Below, piece by piece: positions 1 through 8,483 of a stretch of 59,787 nucleotides of DNA. The notes under the pieces are model-generated. The model had not been told where the DNA came from and did no database searches. It saw only the letters and a program-made list of their open reading frames with translations. This DNA comes from an uncultured Synergistales bacterium (GTDB taxonomy: Bacteria > Synergistota > Synergistia > Synergistales > Aminobacteriaceae). Position numbers and translations under genes: made by a program. Within the stretch, counting starts at the first letter, position 1. Every line of letters begins with the position of its first letter. The stretch is from NCBI GenBank assembly GCA_937897575.1, contig CALCQG010000051.1:1-59787 (forward strand), read 5' to 3'.

Positions 1-24
1 GATTCGGACCTGCTGGCCGTCCTT

Positions 25-572
25 GTCGCTCCCTCACGGGAGCGTGGGTTGAAACCCGAGCAGATGGGGGAAATCAGAGGTTCCGAGCATCGTCGCTCCC
101 TCACGGGAGCGTGGGTTGAAACATCATTCTCTAGGCCCATAAGCGCCTTCGCTTTGTCGCTCCCTCACGGGAGCGTGGGTTGAAACCAGGGACAAGACTA
201 GACCTACTTCATACTGACCTGTCGCTCCCTCACGGGAGCGTGGGTTGAAACAAGAACGCCTTGGAGGGGCTGGCCTTAGGTGCGGTCGCTCCCTCACGGG
301 AGCGTGGGTTGAAACGAAATTGAAATGGATGGTGGTGGCCGGGACGACGACGTCGCTCCCTCACGGGAGCGTGGGTTGAAACTTCCACCCGGTGCCACCA
401 CCTGATAGGCGGATTTGGTCGCTCCCTCACGGGAGCGTGGGTTGAAACGATGAAATTCCCGGCATCGACGAAATGCGGGAGAGTCGCTCCCTCACGGGAG
501 CGTGGGTTGAAACGACCTCCCCGATGCTGCGGAGCAGCGCTGACCGGTGTCGCTCCCTCACGGGAGGGTTGA
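25..572 (+). CRISPR. CRISPR array segment 1, type I-C-like repeat (continues off the left edge of the window)
   Basis: Eight identical 31-nt repeats GTCGCTCCCTCACGGGAGCGTGGGTTGAAAC at 25, 92, 156, 221, 285, 352, 418 and 483, plus a broken 9th copy at 549 (18 nt match, then GGTTGA). Unique spacers of 33-36 nt. The internal hairpin CGCTCCC-TCAC-GGGAGCG and the 3' GAAAC are typical of I-C repeats. No cas genes in the window. Confidence 0.97.
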
Positions 573-585
573 TGCAGACTCCAGC

Positions 586-627
586 CATGTGGAGACTATA
601 GCGTTGCTACAAAGAGCAGACTCCTAA
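586..627 (+). other. rlmD/rumA 3'-end-like remnant (possible att-site scar)
   Basis: Reads CAT GTG GAG ACT ATA GCG TTG CTA CAA AGA GCA GAC TCC TAA = HVETIALLQRADS*, resembling the conserved HVETxxLLxR C-terminus of RlmD/RumA methyltransferases. No upstream gene body is present. Confidence 0.55.
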
Positions 628-827
628 GAATCCTCCATTTTAAGCAGTTTGTATTTGTTTTGATGTACGATGTCATATAAGGTAGTAGATTTTAATAGAA
701 AGCCTGCTTCCGTTTTTATAACAAAAAGCCTACATTACTTCTATTTGTGGCTACGGCTTTGGTGGCTATTATGTTGAAATATATAATAAATAAGGCAAAA
801 TTATTTACCATAGTATTGGAGGTCTGA

Positions 828-1673
828 ATGATGAAAAGGAACGCGATAATTGTCGGTGTAGCCACTATTGCCTTTTTAATAATTACTGGGGGTGTACTTG
901 TATCTATGGGTTTATTTGGAAGGTTTGCAGGAATTGAAAAAGAAAAGCTTGTGAGTTATCGATACAGCAGCGGCGGTGATATGCTGGGTAGCTCGTATTC
1001 CGAAACTGTACGTGAATTCGACGAAGACAGCGCTCTTGTTACTATAGTGCAGCGCAAGTGGCACGGCGATGATGGTACAGTGAAAGAATATCTTATTGAT
1101 AAAGCAATTCTTAATGAATTAAAAGCGGTGTTTGTAAAATATCGCATGAAAAAATGGGACAATAAGAAGTTTACAAAAATGTTTATTGCCGATGGTGCAA
1201 ACTATAGCTACGGATTCGACTTTGAAACGGATTACGTGTCATTTTCATCCCAGTATTATCCGGAAAAGTATTCTTCTAAACTTAAAGAACTCGATGAGAT
1301 ATTGAATAAGTATTTGCAAAATGCAACGCTTCTCCCGGGACTGCTGATTCAAAATACGGTTACAGAAAATGATTTTGAACTGCCATATGACCTTGATAAC
1401 GGAGAAATTGTTTTATCTGTTTACTCGTATTATCAAAAAATCCTCTGCTTTCGCCTTGCAAACGGTACAAATGAAGAAATAAAGGCAGATTCTGTTATCC
1501 GCCTATATAGGGATGATGAAAGCGTTCTGATCCATGAAAAATCCTACGAGCACGAAACGATATTTTATGCGCACGACTTAAATGAAGATTCCATCAAACT
1601 TAACGAACGTCTTGCACCCGGCAAATACCGCCTTGAGGCGTTTGGATATGAGACAGAATTTGAAATACAGTGA
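828..1673 (+). CDS. Hypothetical membrane-anchored protein (AT-rich, foreign)
   Basis: 281-aa ORF with a GGAGG RBS just upstream and an N-terminal basic plus hydrophobic anchor (KRNAIIVGVATIAFLIITGGVLV). Codon usage is far more AT-rich than the host genes. Confidence 0.8.
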   Translation: MMKRNAIIVGVATIAFLIITGGVLVSMGLFGRFAGIEKEKLVSYRYSSGGDMLGSSYSETVREFDEDSALVTIVQRKWHGDDGTVKEYLIDKAILNELKAVFVKYRMKKWDNKKFTKMFIADGANYSYGFDFETDYVSFSSQYYPEKYSSKLKELDEILNKYLQNATLLPGLLIQNTVTENDFELPYDLDNGEIVLSVYSYYQKILCFRLANGTNEEIKADSVIRLYRDDESVLIHEKSYEHETIFYAHDLNEDSIKLNERLAPGKYRLEAFGYETEFEIQ

Positions 1674-2043
1674 AAGAAAACAGCATGTCAAAATGCAAAG
1701 GTTTGCTTTGAACCCTTGTACTCTGATTTGCAACCACCACATTCGATTTGCACCCATTGCCTGCTTTTCTGTCAATATATGTTCTTTTCCATAGGAGACA
1801 TCAGGCTCAGAACCTGAAGTTGTTAATAAGGAAGGATAAGTTTGCCTCGCGGTTTATGTTGATTATAGGTCGTAGGGATTTTTCTATGTCTGAAACCTTT
1901 TAACGAGTGCTATATATTTTAACGATTCTTCTTCCGGTTTGCAGAAGGGGATGGTCGAGGATGAACCTGAGCGCTTATGCTGCAACCATCTGATGGTGTA
2001 TCATTTTAGTTGACAGGAAAAGTCCAGAGGAGGAAAGTCAACG

Positions 2044-2328
2044 ATGCGCAGATATGATACCCAGACGAAAATAGAAACGGTGACGCTGGCCAAGGAGATC
2101 GGGGTGTGCAAAGCGTCCCAGGAACTGGGGATACCGGAAGGCACGATACGGACATGGCTGGATAAGGAAAAAAGCGGGGAGCTGCCGGGCAGTGCAGGCG
2201 GCGGCAAGGGGGCGCTGAGTCTGTCGGAGGAGAACAAACAGCTCAAACAGCGGGTAAAGGAGTTGGAGCGAACAAACAAGATATTGCGGGAAGCATCGGC
2301 TTTTTTTGCTGCGCGCCAGAAGAAGTAG
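2044..2328 (+). CDS. IS3-family transposase OrfA (HTH + coiled coil)
   Basis: HTH (ASQELGIPEGTIRTW) and leucine-zipper ending EENKQLKQRVKELERTNKILREASAFF. A T TTT TTT slippery heptamer at 2301-2307 leads into the open -1 frame of orfB. Confidence 0.92.
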   Translation: MRRYDTQTKIETVTLAKEIGVCKASQELGIPEGTIRTWLDKEKSGELPGSAGGGKGALSLSEENKQLKQRVKELERTNKILREASAFFAARQKK

Positions 2329-2360
2329 GGGCCGCTGTACGGTTTGGCTTTATAGAGCAC

Positions 2361-3236
2361 ATGCAGGATGTGACAAGCGGCACAGGATACAGCATCAGCG
2401 AGCTGTGCCGCTTGATGAAAGTCAGTCGTCAAGGGTATTACCAATACCTTGAAGGCAAACAGCGTCCCGAAAAGCACGCCGAGCTTCTGGCGGAGATACA
2501 GGCGATATTGGATGAGGACGAGGAAAACGACAGTTATGGCAGAAAGCGGATGATTGATGCGCTGCGCCTGAAAGGGCGCACAGAAAGCGATTCCACCATC
2601 TATCGCGTTCTGCGGGGCCACGGACTATTGCAAAAGCCCCGCACACCCAGAGGTTTGACCGTGGCTGATAAGGCCGCTCACAAAAACGATAATCTTCTCA
2701 GGCGCGATTTCACAGCCCAGGCCCCCTGCGAAAAGCTGGTCAGCGACATCACCCAACTGCCCACAGCAGATGGCAATTTGTATATCTCCGGTGTGTTTGA
2801 CTGCTTTGACAACGCCTGTCTGGGTCTTTCCATGGACGACAATATGAAGACCTCCTTGGTGGTGCAAAGCCTTCTTTCGGCCCATAATCTCTACGGAATA
2901 ACCGGTGCTATTTTCCACACCGACCGGGGCAGCCAGTATACCAGCGCCGATTTCAGAGCAAGCCTGCAAGAGCTTGGTGTGGTGCAAAGCATGAACTCCG
3001 ATGGCGGTCGCTGCCATGACAATGCAAAATGTGAGAGCATGTGGGCCCGCTTCAAGACCGAGGCCATCTATGGCCGACGCAATACTGCCCGAATGCCCAT
3101 GGAACAGGTCAAGAGCCTGGTGTTCCGATATTTCATAGGCTACTGGAACAACCGCAGAATCTGCCACGCCATTGGCGGCGTACCGCCCGCTCTCAAGAGG
3201 CAGCGTTACTACGATGCACAGCTTGCTGTTGCCTGA
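2361..3236 (+). CDS. IS3-family transposase OrfB (DDE integrase core), probably expressed as an OrfAB -1 frameshift fusion
   Basis: Motifs YGRKRM, NLLRRDF, SDITQL, FHTDRGSQYTS, CHDNAKCESMW and YWNNRRICH. The reading frame is open back to the slippery site. Confidence 0.94.
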   Translation: MQDVTSGTGYSISELCRLMKVSRQGYYQYLEGKQRPEKHAELLAEIQAILDEDEENDSYGRKRMIDALRLKGRTESDSTIYRVLRGHGLLQKPRTPRGLTVADKAAHKNDNLLRRDFTAQAPCEKLVSDITQLPTADGNLYISGVFDCFDNACLGLSMDDNMKTSLVVQSLLSAHNLYGITGAIFHTDRGSQYTSADFRASLQELGVVQSMNSDGGRCHDNAKCESMWARFKTEAIYGRRNTARMPMEQVKSLVFRYFIGYWNNRRICHAIGGVPPALKRQRYYDAQLAVA

Positions 3237-3311
3237 ACGAATGCGATACCACATTTACGCGAATCTTTCCTGTCAACTGTTATTGACATCTTCATAGGCG
3301 TTGGCTGTTCC

Positions 3312-3604
3312 ATCGCTCCCTCACGGGAGCGTGGGTTGAAACGTATCACCGGATTGGACGCCTCGTCCCACTCCTGCATCGCTCCCTCACGGGAGCGTGG
3401 GTTGAAACAAATGTTCGTGATACTCCTCTTTGTTCAAGACCTCATCGCTCCCTCACGGGAGCGTGGGTGAAACACTTGACATGTGATATCATCAAATCCT
3501 CCCTACCGTGTCGCTTCCTTACGGGAGCGTGGATTGAAACAGTATAAAAGTAAGTAGCACGACAGAACCACCTGTCGCCCCCTCACGGGGGCGTGGATTG
3601 AAAC
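3312..3604 (+). CRISPR. CRISPR array segment 2 (trailer end, diverging repeats)
   Basis: Five repeats at 3312, 3378, 3444 (1-nt deletion), 3510 and 3574, with 33-36 nt spacers. The first three start with A instead of G; the last two carry further substitutions. Preceded by a 17-nt half spacer (3295-3311) abutting the IS end. Confidence 0.95.
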
Positions 3605-3686
3605 CGGGCGAGGGCATCGGTCTCATCCGATCGCTCTCGTCATCTCTTCAGGGTCTGGTAGCGTCCCGCTTCATTTTGGCCGGGAT

Positions 3687-5045
3687 CTACCGGGCCCTTT
3701 TCCCCTCTTCGTCGAGGTGCCGGAGGAAGCGGACGGTGAAGGGAAGGGTGGCAAGGAAGGTGGCGCCGTCGGCCAGAGCTTGGGTGATCTGGACACCCGT
3801 GAGACCGAGATATTTCGGCAGAATCAGGATCGTGGGGATGAAGAAGAGCCCCTGGCGCAGGGTGGCAAGGAAGGTGGAGGTCCCCGCCTTTCCCGTGGAC
3901 TGGTAGCTCATGTTCGTCGTGACGCAGGTCGGAATGAGGGGCAGGGCAAGGCACATGGCCCGGAAGGCCCGGGCACCGATGGCCACCACCGTCTCGTCGG
4001 CGATGAAGAGCCGGACGAGGGTGGGCGCGGTCAGAAAACCGAAGAGGGCAAAGGACGTCAGCGTCACCGTCCCCAGCTTAGCGGTGAAGAAGAAGCCCTC
4101 CTTCACCCGGCTGAAATGTTTCGAGCCGTAGTTGTCCCCCGCCACAGGCTGATAACCCTGGCCGATGCCGAGCATCATGGAGAAGACGAACATGAAGATC
4201 TTGTTCACGATGGACATGGCCGCCACGGCAGCGTCTCCGTAGGCGGCGGCGTTGACGTTCAGCGCCACGGTGGCCACGCTGGCCAACCCCTGCCGGCAGA
4301 GGGAGGGGAAGCCGAACTTCAGGATGTTGACGTAGATGCCCACCCTTCTCGAGATGCTCCTCAGAGCAAGCTTCGTCGCTGTCCGTCCCCGCAGGAAGCT
4401 CGAGAGCAGGATCGCGAAGCCGACGCACTGGCTCAGGGCGGTGGCTATGGCCGCCCCGGCGTTGCCCAGGCCGAAGGTGAAGATGAAGAGGGGGTCCAGC
4501 AGGACGTTCAGGATACCGCCCGTCCCGATGCCCACCATGGCGAACTTGGCCTTGCCCTCGGCCCGGAGCACCATGTTGAGCAGGAAGGACCCCATCATGA
4601 CCGGCGCCGCCAGCAGAATGTACTTCGCGTACGCCTCGGCGTGGGGCTGGATCGTCTCCGTGGCGCCGAGAAGGCGCATGAGGGGGGAGAGGAAAACGGT
4701 CCCCGTCACGGTGACGAGGCAGCCGAAGAGGAGGGCGGCGAAGAACCCGCTGGACGCCACGGTGTTCGCCTCGTCGATCTTGCGCGCGCCGAGCAGCCGC
4801 GATATCCAGGAGCCCGATCCCATGGCGACGGTGAAGCCTACGGCCTGGATGAGGGCCATTATGGAGAAGACGATGCCCACCGCCGCGGACTGACTGGTGC
4901 CGAGCTTCGAGATGAAGTAGGTGTCCGCCATGTTGTAGAAGGAGGTCACCAGCATGCTGACCACCGTCGGCCCGGCGAGGGAGAGCACGAGGGACCCCAC
5001 AGGGGTCTCCGTCATCCTGGTGTGCTGTCGTCGTTCCTCGTCCAT
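3687..5045 (-). CDS. MATE family efflux transporter
   Basis: 452 aa, about 12 TM. Motifs LAGPTVVSMLVTSFYNMADTYFI, NVLLDPLFIF, GAAIATALSQ and GIGQGYQPVAG. Confidence 0.95.
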   Translation of the reverse strand: MDEERRQHTRMTETPVGSLVLSLAGPTVVSMLVTSFYNMADTYFISKLGTSQSAAVGIVFSIMALIQAVGFTVAMGSGSWISRLLGARKIDEANTVASSGFFAALLFGCLVTVTGTVFLSPLMRLLGATETIQPHAEAYAKYILLAAPVMMGSFLLNMVLRAEGKAKFAMVGIGTGGILNVLLDPLFIFTFGLGNAGAAIATALSQCVGFAILLSSFLRGRTATKLALRSISRRVGIYVNILKFGFPSLCRQGLASVATVALNVNAAAYGDAAVAAMSIVNKIFMFVFSMMLGIGQGYQPVAGDNYGSKHFSRVKEGFFFTAKLGTVTLTSFALFGFLTAPTLVRLFIADETVVAIGARAFRAMCLALPLIPTCVTTNMSYQSTGKAGTSTFLATLRQGLFFIPTILILPKYLGLTGVQITQALADGATFLATLPFTVRFLRHLDEEGKRAR

Positions 5046-5257
5046 CGCCTGCCGTCTCCTTCATCCTGCATCATGCACGCTATTGCATCGACACCACAAG
5101 GCATTATACTCTACTTTGTCCGCCCACGCGTGCTGCGAGGCGGAGCTGTCAGCGCAGAGAGAACGCCCTTCCCGACAGTGTTTTGATGTAGAATAGGGCG
5201 CAGGAGAGTCTCCCCCGTCCATGGACCGGGGGACATCACGGGCAGGGGGGCGGCGGC

Positions 5258-6772
5258 GTGGACTGGAAGCATATTTTCGGAGACGAGGAGCCGGCGGAGG
5301 TTTTTCGGTATTTCTCCATGATCTCGGAGATCCCGAGACGGTCTGGGGACCTGAGGAGGATCAGCGATTTCCTGCTCGCCTTCGGCTGCGACCTGGGCCT
5401 CGAATCCCGTCAGGACGGGGCGCTGAACGTGATCATCGAGAAGAACGCGTCGCCCGACTACGAGGACGAAGAGCCCCTCATCCTCCAGGCCCACATGGAC
5501 ATGGTCTGCGAGCAGAATCAGGGCACGGGGCACGACTTCGCCTCGGACTCCATCGAGCTCGTCCGCGAAGGGGACAGGATCCGAGCGAAGGGAACGTCCC
5601 TCGGCGCCGACAACGGCCTGGGCGTGGCCTTTATCATGGCCGTGCTGGCCGACGGGACCCTCCCCCACCCCGCCATCGAGGCGGTCTTCACCGCCGATGA
5701 GGAGACGGACATGGCGGGCGCCTGGGCGTTGAACCTCGGGGCACTGAGAGGGAGGACCCTCGTGAACCTCGACGCCCCCGCCGTCACGATCTGCGGCTCC
5801 GGCGAGATGGAGGTGGCCATGCGCTTCGTCCCCGAGCTCGTCCCCGTCCGAAGGGGGTGGAAGTTCTGCTCCATCGCCGTGAACGGCCTCTCGGGCGGGC
5901 ACACCGGCCAGGACGCCACGAAGGAGCGGGGCAACGCCATTGTACTGCTGCACAGAATTTTGCTCGGCATGGAGAAGCAGATGGAGTTTCAGGTCGTCGC
6001 CCTCTGGGGCGGGGCGGGCATGTCCTCGGCCTTCGCCCGGGAGGCCCACTGCACGGTGGCTGTGCCGCCGGAGAACATGGAGTTCCTCGTCGACCTGGCC
6101 GAGGAGTCGGAGAAGATCTTCCGCAAAGAGCTGCACAAGAAGGACCCCCGCGTTCGGGTGAAGTGCGTTCCCAACATCCCCGGCGCCATGAAGGGGCTGA
6201 ACGATGGCGCCTACAGGAAGCTCTCCCGCCTGCTGACGTTGCTGCCCGACGGCGTCGCGTCCCGGAACTTCGAGTTCGACGGCGCCATGGAGAGCTGTGC
6301 CAACGTGGGCGTCCTCGAGCTGCACAAGGACGAGCTTCTGGTCACCATCCTCATCCGAAGCACCTCCGCGGCGCGCAAGTACTACCTCTACGACAAAGTG
6401 GTCGCTCTCTGCGACCTCCTCGGCATCTTCCACTCCGTCACGAGGGACATCCCACACTGGGAGCGGCGGGCCGACGGCGCCCTCGTCGAGAAGCTCGGGG
6501 CCGTCTACCCCGACAGGCCGCTCGGCATCGCCCAGGGGACCCTCGAGTGCGGCATCTTCGGCGAGAAAAATCCGAAGCTCTCCATCGTGGCCCTGGGTGC
6601 TCCCTACTACTCGCCCCACTCGCCCGGCGAGTGGTTCTCCATGAGCGAGACGAAGGTCTTCTGGGAAGGGCTGCTCCGGTTCCTCCGGACGAAGAGGGCT
6701 GAACGGCGGGAGCAGCTCGGCCTCTTCGACGGGACGGGCGACGGCGAGCCGGACGGTGCGGAGGGGGAGTAG
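5258..6772 (+). CDS. pepD: PepD-like aminoacyl-histidine dipeptidase (peptidase M20C)
   Basis: Motifs IPRRSG, LQAHMDMV, TSLGADNG, FTADEET, GLSGGHTG, LECG and PHSPGE. GTG start. Somewhat divergent around the NLD metal-ligand segment. Confidence 0.85.
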   Translation: MDWKHIFGDEEPAEVFRYFSMISEIPRRSGDLRRISDFLLAFGCDLGLESRQDGALNVIIEKNASPDYEDEEPLILQAHMDMVCEQNQGTGHDFASDSIELVREGDRIRAKGTSLGADNGLGVAFIMAVLADGTLPHPAIEAVFTADEETDMAGAWALNLGALRGRTLVNLDAPAVTICGSGEMEVAMRFVPELVPVRRGWKFCSIAVNGLSGGHTGQDATKERGNAIVLLHRILLGMEKQMEFQVVALWGGAGMSSAFAREAHCTVAVPPENMEFLVDLAEESEKIFRKELHKKDPRVRVKCVPNIPGAMKGLNDGAYRKLSRLLTLLPDGVASRNFEFDGAMESCANVGVLELHKDELLVTILIRSTSAARKYYLYDKVVALCDLLGIFHSVTRDIPHWERRADGALVEKLGAVYPDRPLGIAQGTLECGIFGEKNPKLSIVALGAPYYSPHSPGEWFSMSETKVFWEGLLRFLRTKRAERREQLGLFDGTGDGEPDGAEGE

Positions 6773-6775
6773 GGG

Positions 6776-7510
6776 CTACCGCAGGAAGCAGGGGGACTCC
6801 CGGCGGCTCAGGATGAGGTCCAGTCCGTCGGGCCGATAGTTGAGCACCAGCTCCCTCGGAAAGTCCAAGGTCTTCACGATTCGCTCGCACTCCTCCATGG
6901 CGCCCACGTCGTAATAGATGTGGGCGTCGCTTGCCATGACGATGGGGACCCCGTAGGCGGCGCAGAGGGGCAGCATCTTCGCCACGTTCTCCCGCGCCCC
7001 GACCCGCCCCGACGAGGGCGAGAAGCTCGAGTTGTTGAGCTCCAGAGCCACGTTCTCCTGTCTGGCGGCCAGGACGAGCTCCTCATAGTCCAAAGGGTAC
7101 CGGGAGTCGTCGGGGTGCCCGATGATCCGGACCCAGGGGGTCCTCATGGCCGCCGCGATGGCGGCAGTGTTCTCCTCGGCCGTCCCGGAGGGCACGCAGG
7201 GCGGGTGCAGGCTCGCGATGACGTAGTCGAGCCTCGACGCGAGGGCGTCGTCCACGTCCATGGCCCCCGAGAGGCTCGTGATGTTCGCCTCGATCCCCTG
7301 GACGATGCGCACGCCGAGGATGTATTCGCGGATAACTTTGAAATTGCCGAAGTAGAAGGAGTGGGGCGCGCCGGGCATGGCGGGTGCGTGGTCCGACAGG
7401 CCCAGGGCCTCGAGCCCCCGCTCCCGCGCGGCCTCGATGTTCTCCTTCATCGTACTGTAGGCGTGGCCGCTGGCCACGGTATGGGTGTGCAGGTCAAAAA
7501 GAGGTTTCAT
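6776..7510 (-). CDS. PHP-domain phosphatase (YcdX-like)
   Basis: Motifs DLHTHTVASGHAYST, SDHAPAMPG, GIEANI, IASLH, IIGHP, ELNNSS and SDAH. Confidence 0.92.
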   Translation of the reverse strand: MKPLFDLHTHTVASGHAYSTMKENIEAARERGLEALGLSDHAPAMPGAPHSFYFGNFKVIREYILGVRIVQGIEANITSLSGAMDVDDALASRLDYVIASLHPPCVPSGTAEENTAAIAAAMRTPWVRIIGHPDDSRYPLDYEELVLAARQENVALELNNSSFSPSSGRVGARENVAKMLPLCAAYGVPIVMASDAHIYYDVGAMEECERIVKTLDFPRELVLNYRPDGLDLILSRRESPCFLR

Positions 7511-8068
7511 GCCTCCGCTCCTTCTCTCGTCGTCCCGTCCTTTGTACGCCAGGACGACGCTTTTGTCCAGACCGCCCCGGTCCGAGCCCGGAGCGGTTCG
7601 TCGAAAACGGGAAACACAGCTCCGCCCACGGCGAGGTCCCCTCGCGCCCGAGCGCAGACCGTGGCGCTCCTCTGCCCGAAAGCGCCCGAAGGCCCGGAGC
7701 GGAGCGCTCCATGGGCCCGAGGTGTTAGTTTCAGCCCTCCATGCCGGAGAAACCGCACCCCGCGGCTCCCTCGGCCGTCCGTTCCGGCGTCCCCTTGAAC
7801 ACCGATCAGGGAGGAAAAACAGATGTCGTCCGCCATGGCACCGTCCTTTCGTCGTATCCCCATGACACTATACGATGGACGTGTAAAGGGACGGTCACGG
7901 GAGTGTACCGACTCGGTCACACTCCTCGACCGGGTCGCCTTGAACCGGCCCGAGGGCGGCGGAGCGGCCGACCCATCGCTGAAGCGCTGCGCTCCGCCCC
8001 CGGCGGAAGCATATTCCTGCCCGCGCCCATCGCCGATGGCCGCCCGTGAAAACAGACCGGCTGCACAC

Positions 8069-8099
8069 AAAAGGAGCCGGAAAGGCGATCCGGCTCCTT
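8069..8099 (-). terminator. Intrinsic terminator of the P-type-ATPase-like operon
   Basis: Stem AAGGAGCCGGA / TCCGGCTCCTT, with a T run following on the minus strand, about 28 nt downstream of the 8127 stop. Confidence 0.7.
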
Positions 8100-8126
8100 G
8101 ACGTCTACACGATCCCTCGTCCGACC

Positions 8127-8483
8127 CTATTTCCCGAAGAGGGAGCCGAAGAAGCCCCGTTTCTCCTCTGCGGGTTGCTCCCTCGTCTTCAGAAGGTCCT
8201 GGAGCGCCGTGATAAGGCTGTCCAGCTCGGCGAGGCGCTCCTCCCGGGGCAGCTTCTCCAGCTTCTTGACCCGCCCGAAGAGCGGCGCGGCCTTCATCAT
8301 GAGCATCTTGGGGAAGGCGTCCTTCTCGTACTCGATCAGCACGCCGCAGGTTCTGGGGTTCACGCTCACCGACGTCACGCCCTTGATCTCCTCGAGCCCT
8401 TTCTTCAGGCGCTCGGAAAACTCCTCGTCGGCAAAGAGGTCGGACCGGAGCCGAATTCTCCCGTCGATAAAGCTCTCAATCAT
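8127..8483 (-). CDS. Small HMA2-like (ferredoxin-fold) domain protein
   Basis: MIESFIDGRIRLRS...IKGVTSVSVNPRTCGVLIEY pattern, similar to the N-terminal domain of the neighbouring ATPase homolog. RBS GAAGGAGG 9 nt upstream of ATG 8483; overlaps the upstream stop. Confidence 0.8.
   Translation of the reverse strand: MIESFIDGRIRLRSDLFADEEFSERLKKGLEEIKGVTSVSVNPRTCGVLIEYEKDAFPKMLMMKAAPLFGRVKKLEKLPREERLAELDSLITALQDLLKTREQPAEEKRGFFGSLFGK

Larger units (their letters stand above)
1991..3294 (+). mobile_element. IS3-family insertion sequence (about 1304 bp)
   Basis: TG...CA ends with imperfect terminal IRs: left TGATGGTGTATCATTTTAGTTGACAGGAAA, right (reverse complement) TGAAGATGTCAATAACAGTTGACAGGAAA. 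orfA/orfB arrangement. No target-site duplication visible. Confidence 0.92.

Noticed and set aside
230..430. 66-aa minus-strand ORF
   Set aside because: It lies entirely within the CRISPR array and is a translation of repeats and spacers.
1674..1800. Short overlapping ORFs and a near-repeat GATTTGCA(A/C)C downstream of the cargo gene
   Set aside because: They are too short, lack an RBS and contain no recognisable motif.
56..3573. Self-targeting spacers or duplicated spacers
   Set aside because: I saw no spacer match elsewhere in the window and no duplicates, but an exhaustive search was not possible by eye.
3605..3660. Possible further degenerate repeat (ATCGCTCTC at about 3630)
   Set aside because: Only 7 nt match, the spacer would be about 25 nt, and there is no second stem arm or GAAAC.
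7511..8068. Intergenic ORFs and hairpin GGAGTGT-ACCGA-C-TCGGT-C-ACACTCC (about 7900-7926) as a gene or riboswitch
   Set aside because: No recognisable protein motif or riboswitch consensus; a single hairpin is insufficient evidence.
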